Assembly (NCBI GenBank): GCA_046563655.1
Contig: CM102284.1
Span: forward strand, 1,488,001 to 1,552,000
Source of the DNA: Yuukianura sp. NJ FZ-2021
Lineage: Eukaryota
Length of the DNA stretch: 64,000 nucleotides
Direction: 5' to 3'
Below are positions 24,111 through 36,711 of this stretch, piece after piece. The translations under genes and the position numbers were made by a program. Numbering within the stretch: the stretch's first letter is position 1; every line of letters starts with the position of its first letter. The notes beneath the pieces are model-generated. The model did not search any database. It was not told the DNA's origin and saw nothing but the letters and a program-made list of their open reading frames with translations.

Positions 24111-26354
24111 TTAGTTGTCAGTGACTTCAATACTGCACAAATGCTTAGATGTGCTAGGTTTTACCAATACCTTCCAACTATTGGTGCCGCGTATTTGTTG
24201 GCTTTGTTTTTTGATTTTGCGGAAATTAAACTTATTTCTACGCTCCCAAAGAAATAGGAGAGATGTCGCTACTAAGAGTGGCAACAAAATGATAAATACA
24301 ACTCTGATTTTGTCAGACAAAGCAATTTCCTTGACATATGACCCAGCTACTGCCACATGGCGTTTCCTTACTTCCTTTATAAAAATTTGCAAGTGGTCCA
24401 AGTTTTTCCAAAATTTAACAATGCCTGCTTCCTGTACCCACTTTAGGCGAGGTCGAACGTTTCGGTCATGCAAATCATAAAGAGCCCAACCAAATACTGT
24501 ACTCCACAAGCTGTCTTGGCCTTTGGACACTAATTTTGCATTAGGATCTTGATCTGACGCTGTCCAAAGCCGATATTCCGAATCTATCACATCTGACCAT
24601 TCCACAATTGCCGTACCATTACAACTCTTGAGCAATGTCGTCAGCTCAAAGTTTTCACCATCCGTTGCTAGAAACTGTTCCGGAATTTTTAGTTGCTTGG
24701 CAACTGATTTCACCGTTTGAGATACCATGGTTGTATTAGATGCGAAAAATTGCTGGATTGATGCTGCAGGACACGTTGAATTGCGTAACGAGGCTTGCAT
24801 AATTTGATGTACGCCGCGCCACCATATCGTAGCCCATACGCTGCTGAGTGGTGCAAATGCATGGCCACAATGTTCCGCTGAATTTTGCTGAAGATTTTTG
24901 AACAAGGGAACTGGCCGCACATAGATAGTTGTGTTGCGCATGATTAAGTGCTGGTAAGTTGTAGCCAGCGGTATCTGCCTTGGGGATGTAATAATTGCAG
25001 TCATGATGCTCTTATATCCATTTGTAATTACGACAAATGTAAGCAAAGTTGCGCCCAGAATCCAGTACATTTGGTTGTAGCGACCAGGATTTAGAGCAGA
25101 AGCGAAGCTATGTTCTAACAGTGCAGAGTACGTAGTGGTAAAACCGTCGCATCTTTTTTTCTTCCATTTTAATACTATATTTGCCGTTGTCCCAGCGACA
25201 AACATTGCAACTACTAGAGCAATCCAGACTTCTTTGGAACAGGGAACGATTAGGCTCATAAAATCTGACGTTTCCTTCAGCCTGATACCGCATGCCATGA
25301 AACGAAAATCCAATTTACTCGTCTGTAGATTAACATTGAAACCCATATGAAAGAAAACCATAGGGTTCAAATAATGCAGCATATCGTGTGTTCCTAAGCA
25401 ATAAACCCTATAGGTCCAAATCAAACTTTTGTTGGTAAGTACCGTTTGCAGTAAAATTGGTTCCCAGGTACCCTTTTTGTAAGATTTTGTTGTAAGATAT
25501 TTCGGTTTTTGTATCTTTTTCTTACTGTCATCCCAAGTTTTGCTTGTAAATTTGGTTACCCCTAGTATTCCAAGCTGGTTATCGACGTATTCAAACATTT
25601 GGTGAATATATTTCAAAGAATATTGACTATGCTCAAGGGGAATCAATGTAAATTTACACGTTTCACAGTGTGGGCAAATTATGTTTACCTCTGTAATTAG
25701 AATTTTGCCGACGTTTTTGACTTGGGTAGTGATAGATTCCATTCCTTGCGTTGTACTAGTCACACCTTGTAAGTAGTAGACCATAAAGTACTTGATGCCA
25801 CCACGTTCAACAAGGACCCCAAGTAGTTTAGCAGCCACGTACCAGCTAGTAGCTATTTTTAGAATCTTTGGTCCTACCAATGAAAATATTGAAGATGAAC
25901 CGTAAACCTCATCAGCAGGATCGGTGTCCGCGTCGTATTTAATTCCACGCCAATACTCAAAATAGAACCACAAGTTGGTAGGAAATGGAAAGCTTGGGCT
26001 GTAAAACGTACCAAGTTGGCCTAGAGTTTCAACTACGAAAACGTAGTTGATACATTTGTAGTACCGTGAGTGTGCATATTTGAAAAATATTTCGGTTGGT
26101 AAGGAGTTGTAGTAGCCGTTAGTATACTGCTTAGTTTCATGATTGTACCCATATTTGTATCGGATGTCTTGAAAGGTGGCGGGAAACATAAATGGTTCAA
26201 GCTCTGTGTTGTTGTAGTTGATTATGTGGATGTGACATTCCGTACTGAATGGCTCAAACCATTTGTTCAAATCTAACCGCCCAATTATCGACGTTGATTT
26301 ACTTACAAATCCTTGGAACGTAAGTATTACTACAATCCAAATCCACGAAGCCAT
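24111..26354 (-). CDS. Divergent IR-like chemoreceptor, intronless, copy 2 (747 aa)
   Basis: Full-length paralogue of 20379-22670 with the same motifs. Confidence 0.8.
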   Translation of the reverse strand: MASWIWIVVILTFQGFVSKSTSIIGRLDLNKWFEPFSTECHIHIINYNNTELEPFMFPATFQDIRYKYGYNHETKQYTNGYYNSLPTEIFFKYAHSRYYKCINYVFVVETLGQLGTFYSPSFPFPTNLWFYFEYWRGIKYDADTDPADEVYGSSSIFSLVGPKILKIATSWYVAAKLLGVLVERGGIKYFMVYYLQGVTSTTQGMESITTQVKNVGKILITEVNIICPHCETCKFTLIPLEHSQYSLKYIHQMFEYVDNQLGILGVTKFTSKTWDDSKKKIQKPKYLTTKSYKKGTWEPILLQTVLTNKSLIWTYRVYCLGTHDMLHYLNPMVFFHMGFNVNLQTSKLDFRFMACGIRLKETSDFMSLIVPCSKEVWIALVVAMFVAGTTANIVLKWKKKRCDGFTTTYSALLEHSFASALNPGRYNQMYWILGATLLTFVVITNGYKSIMTAIITSPRQIPLATTYQHLIMRNTTIYVRPVPLFKNLQQNSAEHCGHAFAPLSSVWATIWWRGVHQIMQASLRNSTCPAASIQQFFASNTTMVSQTVKSVAKQLKIPEQFLATDGENFELTTLLKSCNGTAIVEWSDVIDSEYRLWTASDQDPNAKLVSKGQDSLWSTVFGWALYDLHDRNVRPRLKWVQEAGIVKFWKNLDHLQIFIKEVRKRHVAVAGSYVKEIALSDKIRVVFIILLPLLVATSLLFLWERRNKFNFRKIKKQSQQIRGTNSWKVLVKPSTSKHLCSIEVTDN

Positions 26355-27813
26355 TACGCCTGTGTATTAATGTATTAATTTAGAAAAGTTTTTTTTAACT
26401 TCCAAGTAAAGTTTTACTGATTCAGACAATTATAACTGAAATTTTCGACGAGAAAGAATTGATCAAAAGCTTCAGCTTACAACGGCAGCATTCTTAATTT
26501 TTTATAAATAATATTCTGTTGCTATCAAACATATTTATCGCGTGCAAAGACAAAAACCTTTTCCAATTTCTAAATTGCTAATGTGTTATGTGACTAAAAA
26601 TGTTCACGGGAGGCATTTTTTCTTTAAAATTATATAAACATTAGGTAATTGTTTTTTTTAAAGTTCCATAGATGTTAGTTTATTTCTAAAAGTGAATATG
26701 GTGTAGAGCGCGTTAGTATTATAAATAGAATTGTGAAGAAATTTTACTCGGAAATATGGCAATTTTTTTTGCAAATTCCTAAGCTGTCATTTTTTCCCAG
26801 TGTTCTGTAAACTATTGCATAAACGAAACCTTACGTTGAAGTGGTTTGCATAAGAACTCCAATGGGTTTGAGATGTCACTGTCAATCCAGTCTAACCTTG
26901 ACGGTAACCAATGTACCAAAAGAAAGTCTATCAGTTGTAGGTTTGAGAGCAAAAAATATTTTAATCGTGCCTTTTGTTAGTCATCGAAACTCCATAACTG
27001 TAAAAGCAAAGTGAAGATGTCCTCAAGTACTCACAGTACGTTTATGTCACTTATCAAAAAAGAAAATTTAAAATACAATTTGATTATTATATAATAATTC
27101 CAACTTTGCACAAAACTTTTACCATCGGAGTACCACAATGAACCAAGCTCGAAGTTCCCGCTGTTTAATTTAAAATGGAAAACAGAATGAATCTTAAGGT
27201 TTTCTTTTAAATAAATTTTTGTTTAAAACTAACATTTATGTAACAAAAAATATATTCATTTTTGAAGTACTGTGCCGTTGGAAAGTTTGTTTTGTGGCGT
27301 CGCGAATTATTTGTAAGTAATGCTGTGTCAAATTGAATTTCTGCTCAAAACGATTCAAATTTTTCGAAATTATATTTTGATAAAATTTACTATATACATG
27401 CTGATTGCTGATGTAATTTGAGTATATTCTCATTCCAAATGTTGTGAACCATGTGCGACCTTCAAACACAATTACGAGGAGGGTTTGTGGGTCTAAAAGT
27501 TATCTCTATGCATACTATATCTTCCAGTCTCAAGTATGTGAAACACGCAAACGAAACAGTTGATTACACAGTGGAACTCAAAACGAAAATTTATCTATCA
27601 AAAATACATATTTAAAGCTATTCAGAATTAAAAAAGAATACAGTCCGTATTTACAAAAAAAATTGCAAAAATAGTTCCAGTTTTAAGTAAACTTACAGTT
27701 ACGTGCCAGTTGGCTTTCAAATTGCGAGTCTTTTTCCACTATATACTAAAAACAATTACAGGACAAATTCGTTTTTTTTTTCAAAATTCGAAAAAAATTT
27801 TACTAGGAACAAC

Positions 27814-29289
27814 ATGGAACTACTTCAAATTGTTCTTGGTTTGATTTTGATTGTGATCGGCCTCGTCTTAAGTCTAATTCTGTTCATGGTGTGGTCTTTT
27901 ACGAAACTATTCGACTCTATTCAACCATACGAACTATCAGCTGATTCGGCAACATCACAAGCAATTCCGTCTGGCTCAAAAGAACCGAATCCACTTTTTC
28001 GCTACTTTCCGCACTTGCGTAAGAAAATAGCCTGGGAAGAACTGGGAGTATATCCGACCCCAATTCACTCTGCATATTTGGATTTAAATGGCCGCCGAAT
28101 TTCGTTTTGGATGAAACGAGAAGACTTAAGCAGTCCAATTTACGGCGGAAACAAAGTCCGCACACTTCAGTATCAAATTCCGGCCTGCGCAGCTCGAGTT
28201 GCCGAAGATCCAGGAGCACAAATTTTCGTCGTAGGGAGTGGCGGTTCAAATCAAGTTGTTGCGACATTAGCCCATGGTACTCCATTCGACCTCAAATTTC
28301 ACGTGGCTTATGCAGCTCCGGATGCACCCGATTTGGACAACACACTGAACTTACTTTCTGCACTGTCTCTTGGACCGCTAAGTTTGAAACTCTGGGACAA
28401 AGTTTTACCGCAAGTCAAACGATTAGTGATGGCCGCTACGTCAAAACGAGATAAAGTATTTGGAATGGGCGGAAACAGTTTGGGTGGGATTTTGGGCCAA
28501 ATTGGCGGAGCACTTGAATTGGCAGAACAAATTGAGGCTGGCGAAATTCCTGACGTGGATGAAATTTATTTGCCGTTAGGATCTGGCTGTACCACAACTG
28601 GACTCATTCTGGGTGTTTGTTTGGCACGACATTTGAATCTCAAGGCTTTTCGCTCTAAAAATTTCAAAATTGTGAGTATTCTAATCCATGGTGGATTTGC
28701 TGGGCTTAATCGAAAAACGAACTTCATTAAAGGCTGGATGGGAAAATTTTTATTTGTGTCACCACAATTTGGAATTCCGCGAACAGCAGCGTTTTTGAAA
28801 AAACACACAGGGATTGATCTGGAAGCGTCTGCACTAAAGTTTGTCCAAGAAGAATGGGAAGTCGTTGATTGTCCGGATTACATTGGGGAATATGGAGCAC
28901 ATTCTGAAAAAAGTGCAACTGCGTCTGCGCATGATCACAAACTGGTTGTTAACGGCCCATGTCCATCCTGGATATCCTCGGAATCACCACCACAACCTTG
29001 GCTGTGCGGCCACTTTACTGGAAAATCTTTTGCGGTAATGCTTGATCGCTTAGAAAAATTGAGCGAAGGTTCAGAAATCAACGCTCTTCTCTGGCAAACG
29101 AAAAGCAATGTACAACCGCTTGGACCACAGGAGGAATGGGAGGAATTTCAAAAATTGGCAGGAAATTCAAAAATTTTGAAAAAGTGGTCAGATGAAGGCA
29201 AAGCGACGTCGGTTTTACGGCCTGGACAAGTCAATGTAGAAGGTGGAAATACAGGAGACTACAGACCGCTCATGAAGAAAATTTTTTAA
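27814..29289 (+). CDS. PLP-dependent ACC deaminase / D-cysteine desulfhydrase-family protein with N-terminal membrane anchor, intronless CDS (491 aa)
   Basis: 'LGVYPTPI', 'KREDLSSPIYGGNKVRTL' (PLP lysine), 'GSGGSNQ' and 'LPLGSGCTTTGL' (phosphate-binding loop). Hydrophobic N-terminal segment 'LLQIVLGLILIVIGLVLSLILFMVW'. Confidence 0.85.
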   Translation: MELLQIVLGLILIVIGLVLSLILFMVWSFTKLFDSIQPYELSADSATSQAIPSGSKEPNPLFRYFPHLRKKIAWEELGVYPTPIHSAYLDLNGRRISFWMKREDLSSPIYGGNKVRTLQYQIPACAARVAEDPGAQIFVVGSGGSNQVVATLAHGTPFDLKFHVAYAAPDAPDLDNTLNLLSALSLGPLSLKLWDKVLPQVKRLVMAATSKRDKVFGMGGNSLGGILGQIGGALELAEQIEAGEIPDVDEIYLPLGSGCTTTGLILGVCLARHLNLKAFRSKNFKIVSILIHGGFAGLNRKTNFIKGWMGKFLFVSPQFGIPRTAAFLKKHTGIDLEASALKFVQEEWEVVDCPDYIGEYGAHSEKSATASAHDHKLVVNGPCPSWISSESPPQPWLCGHFTGKSFAVMLDRLEKLSEGSEINALLWQTKSNVQPLGPQEEWEEFQKLAGNSKILKKWSDEGKATSVLRPGQVNVEGGNTGDYRPLMKKIF

Positions 29290-29496
29290 AGTTGAAATGA
29301 CAATTCATTAAAAATTATTCATTAAAATTTTCGCATTACTTAACAAGAAATAAATTTTCACCACGCTTCAAATCGCCCCAAATTCTGAATCATATTTTTA
29401 AAAATGTTTACTTTATCCAATCCTTGATTACTAATTTGCGATAATTTTTCAATAAAAATTTACATTTTAAGTTTAAATGATGGTAAATATTTTTGT

Positions 29497-30853
29497 TTAC
29501 TTAATTGCAATGAGCACAAATGCAATGCCTTGCACAACGTTGTCGAAAAGCGTCAACTTGGCTTTTTCCTCCATGTGATAAAATGTACCCACCGTACATT
29601 TCAAAACAGGAAACGACTTTAAATTCTTTTGGATTTCAAGTTGTTTTTCAAACGTGACGTTCTTGTCCATCCTTACAGCGTTAAGTAAATTTGGACAAAA
29701 TTGTTTCGAAATTTCGTAAGTGCTTGACATTGTGACTGCTCCCGACACAATAACCAGCACAACTGTGAATAAGTATACAGCCGCAATGCATACAATTATG
29801 GTCGAGAGGGATTGGCGCAGACGTACAAGGCAGCAGACGCAAGAGAAGCAAACCAAAACGGTTCCCATCTTTAACGCAGGAACAAAAAAAGTTCCAAATC
29901 CAACGTTGTAGGCTGTATTCAAAATCGTCATGGACCGGTAGATGAAGCAACGCTTGTCGTATACTAAATCGTTTCCGGCCTCTTCTGTAGTTCTCTCAGA
30001 CAAATATGTGCTGAAATATTATTACATACAAATATATTTTATAGATATATACGAATAATATGCATACTTATGCATATGCACATGGAGTATTGGCCATGGC
30101 TTACTTGTACATATTTACACAACTAAAGACATTTGTTATTGACATAGTTAGTTACCAGCACTTCTTTAGCCAAAACGTGGACGTAAGCAACGTCGATACT
30201 GCAACTGCAAACAACAAAATTGTGTCATGCATAAACACGAATTGAGTGTAGAGCAATCCCACGACAAATGGTACAGCGTTCCAAGAAGTAATTGCATCGA
30301 TGTTGAGCGCCAAATTTTGAATAGTGTAGAATGTAACACAAATTCCAAGGGAAATTATCACCAGTGCGTACAAACGTCCACGTCTGGTGCATTTTGTGTC
30401 TCTATCATTTCGTAGCAGGAGAGAGCCTGTAATGGATAAATTTAATGCATGGTAGTGATAAATATTTTATATAAACATTCTCAAAAGTGCATAAACGTCA
30501 AAATTATAACCTAGAGTTTTCTGCAGTCCAATAATAGTGTTAGCGGTAAAAGTTATTTCATCACTGTACATCCATACTGACAGTCGGCAGAAAAAGGCGC
30601 CAATTAAAACAATGTTCACAAGGGAAAACATTACTTTTCGTTCAGTATTCGTTTGAGAAATTTCCCAGCAACAGTAAGTGAAGTAGCCAATCATAAGCAG
30701 AAGTGGTGCCTGATTTGCAACGGCGTCCTTGTACTTGCTACGTTTTTCTGAGAAAAGAAGCCCATCTTTGTAAGAAATTTTAAGAAGACGTTTGAAAATC
30801 GAAACAAATTTCAACGCCGTACGAAGCACACAAAGCTCATATTCTGTCAGCAT
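29497..30853 (-). CDS. Divergent gustatory-receptor-like multi-pass membrane protein, copy 1; exons 30853-30511, 30426-30156, 30010-29497 (375 aa)
   Basis: Multiple hydrophobic helices; C-terminal 'LKCTVGTFYHMEEKAKLTLFDNVVQGIAFVLI' resembles the GR/OR TM7 region. Exon sum of 1128 nt is in frame. Confidence 0.7.
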
Positions 30854-31649
30854 TCTTAGGCAGGTTTTAGTAAGGGTAAGTTTTAAGTAAATTAACTTAA
30901 CTTTGTTAACTCTGGTTTGTGTTAAGTTAAGCCAATGTTGAAAGTTAAACCAATGTTTATGGTACTTGTGTGTCACAACACAAGTGTGGTAAATACTTGA
31001 ATTTGTGCTAAATTTTGGTACTTATACTTGGATTAACCCAATTAACTAAACTACTCAACCTTAATTACTCACTAAATTAAAATTGTATGGATTTTGTTGA
31101 AAATTTCTTTTAATGTACGTAAATACTTGTTTATGTGTGTGAAACATTGCTTGTTTAATGGACTTAGAGTATTGACTTAAGTACTTGTAATGTACATAGA
31201 CTAGACAGGTTAAGAAACAAGGCTTCATTAAGTTACTCACGTCAACAAAACAACCGGTTTGCGAAATTTCCTAGGGAAAGCTTAATTACTATAATTTTGA
31301 GTTACTTAGGGATAAGTATGGTGATCTAGGAATAGATTAACCAACACTTATATAAATCGATGCATTGTCACCAAAGTACAATTAAACTGCAAACGAGAAG
31401 CCGAATTAAGGCGGGAAACAGGTACTATACATAATATTTATACGGTTTTCCAAATTTTCAATGGTAAATGAGCTCTACTTTGACTAAACTTTCCTTTTTC
31501 AACCGCATAGTGTATGCACTTCTTGTTTTTTCCGACGAAACGTCTAAACATTAGGCGCTTCTAAAAAACATCGTTTGTTTCGAATAGTAATTATAAGCTA
31601 TCAAGTTTAACTAAAGTATTTTTAACTTGATTTCATTTCATGTAAAATT

Positions 31650-33016
31650 TTACTGAAATGCAATGAGTACAAATGCTACGCCTTGAACAATGTTATCCAC
31701 CAAAGTTAACTTTGCCTTTTCTTCCATGTGGTAAAATGTGCCAACTCTACATTTCAAAACAGGAAAAGATTTCAAATTTGTTTTGATTTCAAGTTGTTTT
31801 TCGACTGAAATACTCTTGTTCATCCTCGCATGTTCGAGACAATTTTGAGAAAACTGTTTTGAAATTTTGTATGTATTAGACATAGTAAGTGCTCCAAATA
31901 AAATAACAATAGACACTGTAAACAGGTATACCGGAGCAATGCAGAGTAGGATGGTCGAGAGCGATTGGCGTAAACGTACTAGGCAGCAGACGCAGGAAAA
32001 GAATACAAGAATCGTTGTGAGCTTTAATGTTGGAACAAAAAAAGTTCCGAAGGCTATGTTGTGAGCGGTATTAAGAATTGTCATGCACCGATATATGTAG
32101 CATCTTGCTTCGTACGAAACATCATTTTTGGCAGTATTCCCATTGCCCAAATACTTGCTGGAACAAATATACATACATGTATCTTCATATACGCATGCAT
32201 GCCAGATACATGTATATTACATACATGTAATATACATGTATATTAATCGTTTACACATAATTAAAATATTCAGTGTTACCCGCATTCGTTTAGCCAAGAG
32301 GTGGATGATAGCACTGAAGATGCGAAAACTGAGAAAAGAAAAGTTGCATCATGCAGAAACACGATTTCGATGTAAAGGACTGCTAAGGCAAAAGGTGCGA
32401 CAGTGTAGTTATTCTTCGCTGGAAAATGAACCGCCATATTTTGAAATGGGTGGAAAAAAATACAAATTCTGATGAAAACAAGAAGAATAGCGTAGACTTG
32501 TCCTGCAGTTTTTCTTTTTTTTTCCTTCCGATCGGTTATGAGGGATCCTATAGTGAGAAATTTTGAATTATCTATTTAACATAACGTTATTTCTATTACT
32601 TAACTTTTTTTAAAAGTACAACCAGAAAATGTCAAATAATTTTAAATTATATTTCTTCTTGTTGAATTTTTACCAAATGTCCGTTGCATCCCGAGAATGC
32701 TGTTGACAACAAAAATTACTTCTCGACTGTACAACCAAACGGACAGTCGGCAGGCAAACATCGCAAAGGTAATCATATTCGTAATGAACAAAATTACTGC
32801 TCGGTCGGTGCTAGAATGTACCACTTCCCATGAACAGTAAATAACATAACAAATGAGAAGAAAAAGCACCAATTGGTTAGCAGCAGAGTGCTTGCAATCA
32901 CTACGCTTTTCCTGGAGCAAGTATCCATTGTGATACGAAATCAGAAACAAGCGCCTAAATCGTGAAATAAATTCCAACGACTTGCAAAACACAGCGAACT
33001 CAACTTTGGTAAGCAT
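31650..33016 (-). CDS. GR-like membrane protein, copy 2; exons 33016-32674, 32547-32280, 32157-31650
   Basis: Paralogue with the same intron phases (1, 2); 1119 nt in frame. Confidence 0.7.
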
Positions 33017-34127
33017 TTCAGTTGTTGTTAACGTACTGAAGAAAACCAAATGAATTGCCCTAAAGTAGGTAGTATGTCCAGCAGAGTAGATAAGCTTGTT
33101 TAACCAGCTTCGATGCTGAATTATAGGAATAAGGCGTTGTTGAAGTTTGTGTAATTGTTCGTATTAGATATAATCGCGCTATGAACTGAAGATATAATCA
33201 CGATAATTTTAAGGGAGATCTTTTATTTTGATTCTACGTTTGTTCAATACAGTTTTTGTGCTCGACAGTGAGAAAATGGCTTCAATTATACCCCTTCACC
33301 ATGTGAAAGGGGACAAGGGGAGTTAAATCAATTTAATTAAAACTTAATTGACTCGATCGTTTTCCGATTAGATTACATGATTATAATCTTAATGAAGAAA
33401 TGAAATTTTATTTTTTACTCTGAGCATTTTCTTCTGGTTTTGAGCTTATAAGGACAAAGCCATTTATTCTAATACGGTATTGATAAAAATAAATAATGAA
33501 AATGAAACAGAATTGTTCTAAAGCGTATTACTGCTCATTAGAAGAAAAGAGAATTAACAGTTTTGCGTTCTTCTCAGTTTAAGTGCTCCCTTCGTTATCA
33601 AAGTTAAAGCTTTTTTTACTTTTTATGCTTTAAGCAAACAGTTGTTGTAAATGCTGCTGGAAGGAATGCGGCCATAATCAGCTAACTTAGATATAACTTA
33701 ATACATGTCAAAATCACTGTATACTTGTTAAATAACGTAACTAGGGTTAGTTTATGATCCATAGAAGGTGGAATTTGCCTTACAAAAGTTAATTATAATT
33801 ATAATAAATATAATTATAATTATAATTATAATTGATCTTTCAAAAACAGGAAATTATTCAAAACAGCAAGTGTGAAAACTGGTGCATGCTTCTGTTGCTT
33901 TTGCTTGACAATTAAAAACTATAGTTTCAGAAATTTTACCGCGGTAGAGATTTGGTTTTATTATGTTTTGTGAAACCCGAGAAAATCGATATATTGCTGG
34001 ACACAGTCTCTGGTATCGAAGAATTGGAAAATCAACATTAAAAAAGCGAAGGAAATTCACAAAAAAAGCTATTCCGTGAATCAACCGCAGTTAATGCTAA
34101 GTAATGACAAAATATTGTGCCACGACG

Positions 34128-35513
34128 TTACTGATACGCCATGAGTGCAAATGCTATACCTTGAACAATGTTATCTACTAAAGTTAACTTTGCCTTCTCT
34201 TCCATGTAGTAAAATGTACCAACTCTACATTTCAGAACAGGAAAAGATTTCAAATTTGTTTTGATTTCAAGTTGTTTTCCGACTGAAATACTCTTGTTCA
34301 TCTTCGCATGTTCGAGACAATTTTGAGAAAACTGTTTCGAAATTCCGTATGTATTTGACATTGTAACTGCTCCAAATAAAATAATAATAGACGCTGTAAA
34401 CAAGTACAGAGCCGCAATTATGACGAGGATGGTCGAGAGAGATTGGCGTAAGCGTACTAGGCAGCAGACGCAAGCAAGTAATACCATAACTGTTGTCAGC
34501 TTTAGCGTGGGAACAAACAATGTTCCGAAGGCTACGTTGTGAGCGGTATTCAAAATTGTTATGCACCGATAGATGTAGTATCGTGCCTCATACGAAACAT
34601 CATTTCCAACTGTATTCTCCTTAGTCAAATGCTTGCTGGAGAATAAAAAAAGAATAACTATTTCCTACATATATGTAAAATTCATGTATAAAATAAATAC
34701 ATATAAAAATATTAGATACATGTAATATGTTAGTAATGATATATTAAATTCTTTTACGTTGCACAAATAATTATGATAACCACTTACCAGCATTCTTTTA
34801 GCCAAGAGGTAGATGATAGCACTGAAGCTACGAAAACTGAGAAAAGAAAAGTAGCATCATGTAGAAATACCGTTTCGATGTAAAATAATGCCAAGGCAAA
34901 GGGTACAAAAGTGTAGTTATTCTTTGCTGGAAAATGAACAGCCAAATTTTGAAATGGGTTGAACAAAATGCAAATTCTGACGAAAACGATAAGCACAGCA
35001 TAGATTTGCCCTGGGGTTTTTCTTTTTGCGTCCTTGCGAGCGGTTGTGAGGGACCCTACAAAGTGACAAGTTATGCAATGCATACTTAATTCTTTTTTTT
35101 GCTATACTTAATTCAATTTTTTCAAAAGTACAAGCGGCAATTTTAAATTATATTCCTTGTTATTTAATTTTACCCAAATTTTGTTGCATCTTGAGAATGC
35201 TGTTGACGACAAAAATTACTTCTTGACTGTACAACCAAACGGACAGCCGGCAGGAGAACATCGTTAACGTAATCATATTTGTAATGAACAAAATTACTGT
35301 TCGGTCGTTGCTAGAGTGCATCATTTCCCATGAACAATAAATAAAATAACAAATTGGAAGAAAAAGCACCAATTGGTTAGCGGCAGAGTGTTTGTAGTCG
35401 CTTTTTTGTTGGAACAAGTAACCATTCTCATACGAAATCAGACACAAACGCCTGAAACGTGAAATAAATTCTAACGACTTGCAAAACACAGCGAGTTCAA
35501 GTTCGGTAAGCAT
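34128..35513 (-). CDS. GR-like membrane protein, copy 3; exons 35513-35174, 35055-34788, 34635-34128
   Basis: Close paralogue of copy 2; 1116 nt in frame. Confidence 0.7.
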
Positions 35514-35859
35514 CTCCTCAGTCGTTTGTTGTTATCTAAGGCAAGTAAGTCAAATGGATTGTGTTAAAGTAGAAAGTTCGTTGAAGTAGATTTTCTCGTT
35601 TGACTTGTTTTGACACTAAATTATGGGAATAAATATGTTATTAAGTTTGTGTAATTGGTCGTATTAGATATAATAGCGCTATGAACTTAAGATATAATCA
35701 CGATAATTTTAAAACTCTAAGGCTTTTTATTTCCATGAAACAAAAACATTACTCAAATGCTAAATTTTTACTATTTAAATTTTTGCCGATAAGTACAGTT
35801 CTTGCCTAATCAAACATTTTGTTGAGTTCAGGAATAGTAGGCGAGGAGGGAGCACGCCA

Positions 35860-36090
35860 TTGTTTCAAATGAATTGTTTCTAAGGACTTTGTTTCGAAGG
35901 AATTGTTTCAAATCTAATTGCTTCTATAGCCAAATTGTTTCTAAGGGTAAATTTTTTCAAACAGAATTGTTTCTAAAATCATTGCTTCTAAAGGTCTATT
36001 GCTTCAAATGGATAATTGCTTCGAACGAAATTGCTTCTAAAAATATGTTTCTAAACTCTGATTATTCCAAAAGCTAAATTACCTCTAACA
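35860..36090. repeat. Degenerate ~15-17-bp tandem repeat (AATTGTTTCTAA core), followed by AACCT-type repeats near 36170-36245
   Basis: More than ten imperfect units such as GAATTGTTTCTAAG, AATTGCTTCTA and AATTGTTTCAAA. Probably the body of a non-autonomous repeat element. Confidence 0.7.
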
Positions 36091-36711
36091 TTCATTTTAA
36101 AAAGAAGTTTAGGTAAAATTTGTAATATCGTGTACTTTTTTTAAAAACAAAATCCCATCCTACGAAAGCTAACCAAACCTAATCTAACCGCTGTAGCAGC
36201 ATTGTTTAAGCCTTTCAAAAAATCAAAAATTCGCCTAACCTAACAAATTGGAGGCTACAACCTATTTTCAGAAAATGTTCATGTCTCCTTATTGGGAAAT
36301 TCAAATTTTCATGTGCCTTATAAATATAAAATTTAATAAAACCGGCTTGCGCTTGAATTTTTTTTCCACAAAAAGTGGGTTGTCCTCGCTGAAATTTTGC
36401 AGAAAAGGGTTTAACTTCAGCGACAAGAAAAACATTTTAGTTCGATTGTTTTAAAAATGGGCTTTCATAAGTTCTAACAGGAAATAGGGTGATTAATATC
36501 CGTTTCCGTGGGCGTTTACTTCGGTAAGAAGTTTTGGAATTGTATTTTTATTATTACAAGACTTCTACTCGAATTCAAAATGTCAGAAATGGAAACATTA
36601 CCTGTATGACCACCGTTGGAAAAGTCATACCACTCATCGATTAAGACTTAGCCTTTGAGTTAGATTAACTAAAACACTCCATTGGTAACTATATTTGCTC
36701 TTATTTCGAAA

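Noticed and set aside
27703-27813. N-terminal extension of the ORF-track call from a GTG start
   Set aside because: Non-ATG start in a eukaryote and AT-rich intron-like sequence ending in an acceptor just before ATG 27814.
33785-33835. AT-only palindromic run (AATTAT)n, and (TAAT)n at ~60885-60912
   Set aside because: Simple microsatellites expected in AT-rich DNA.
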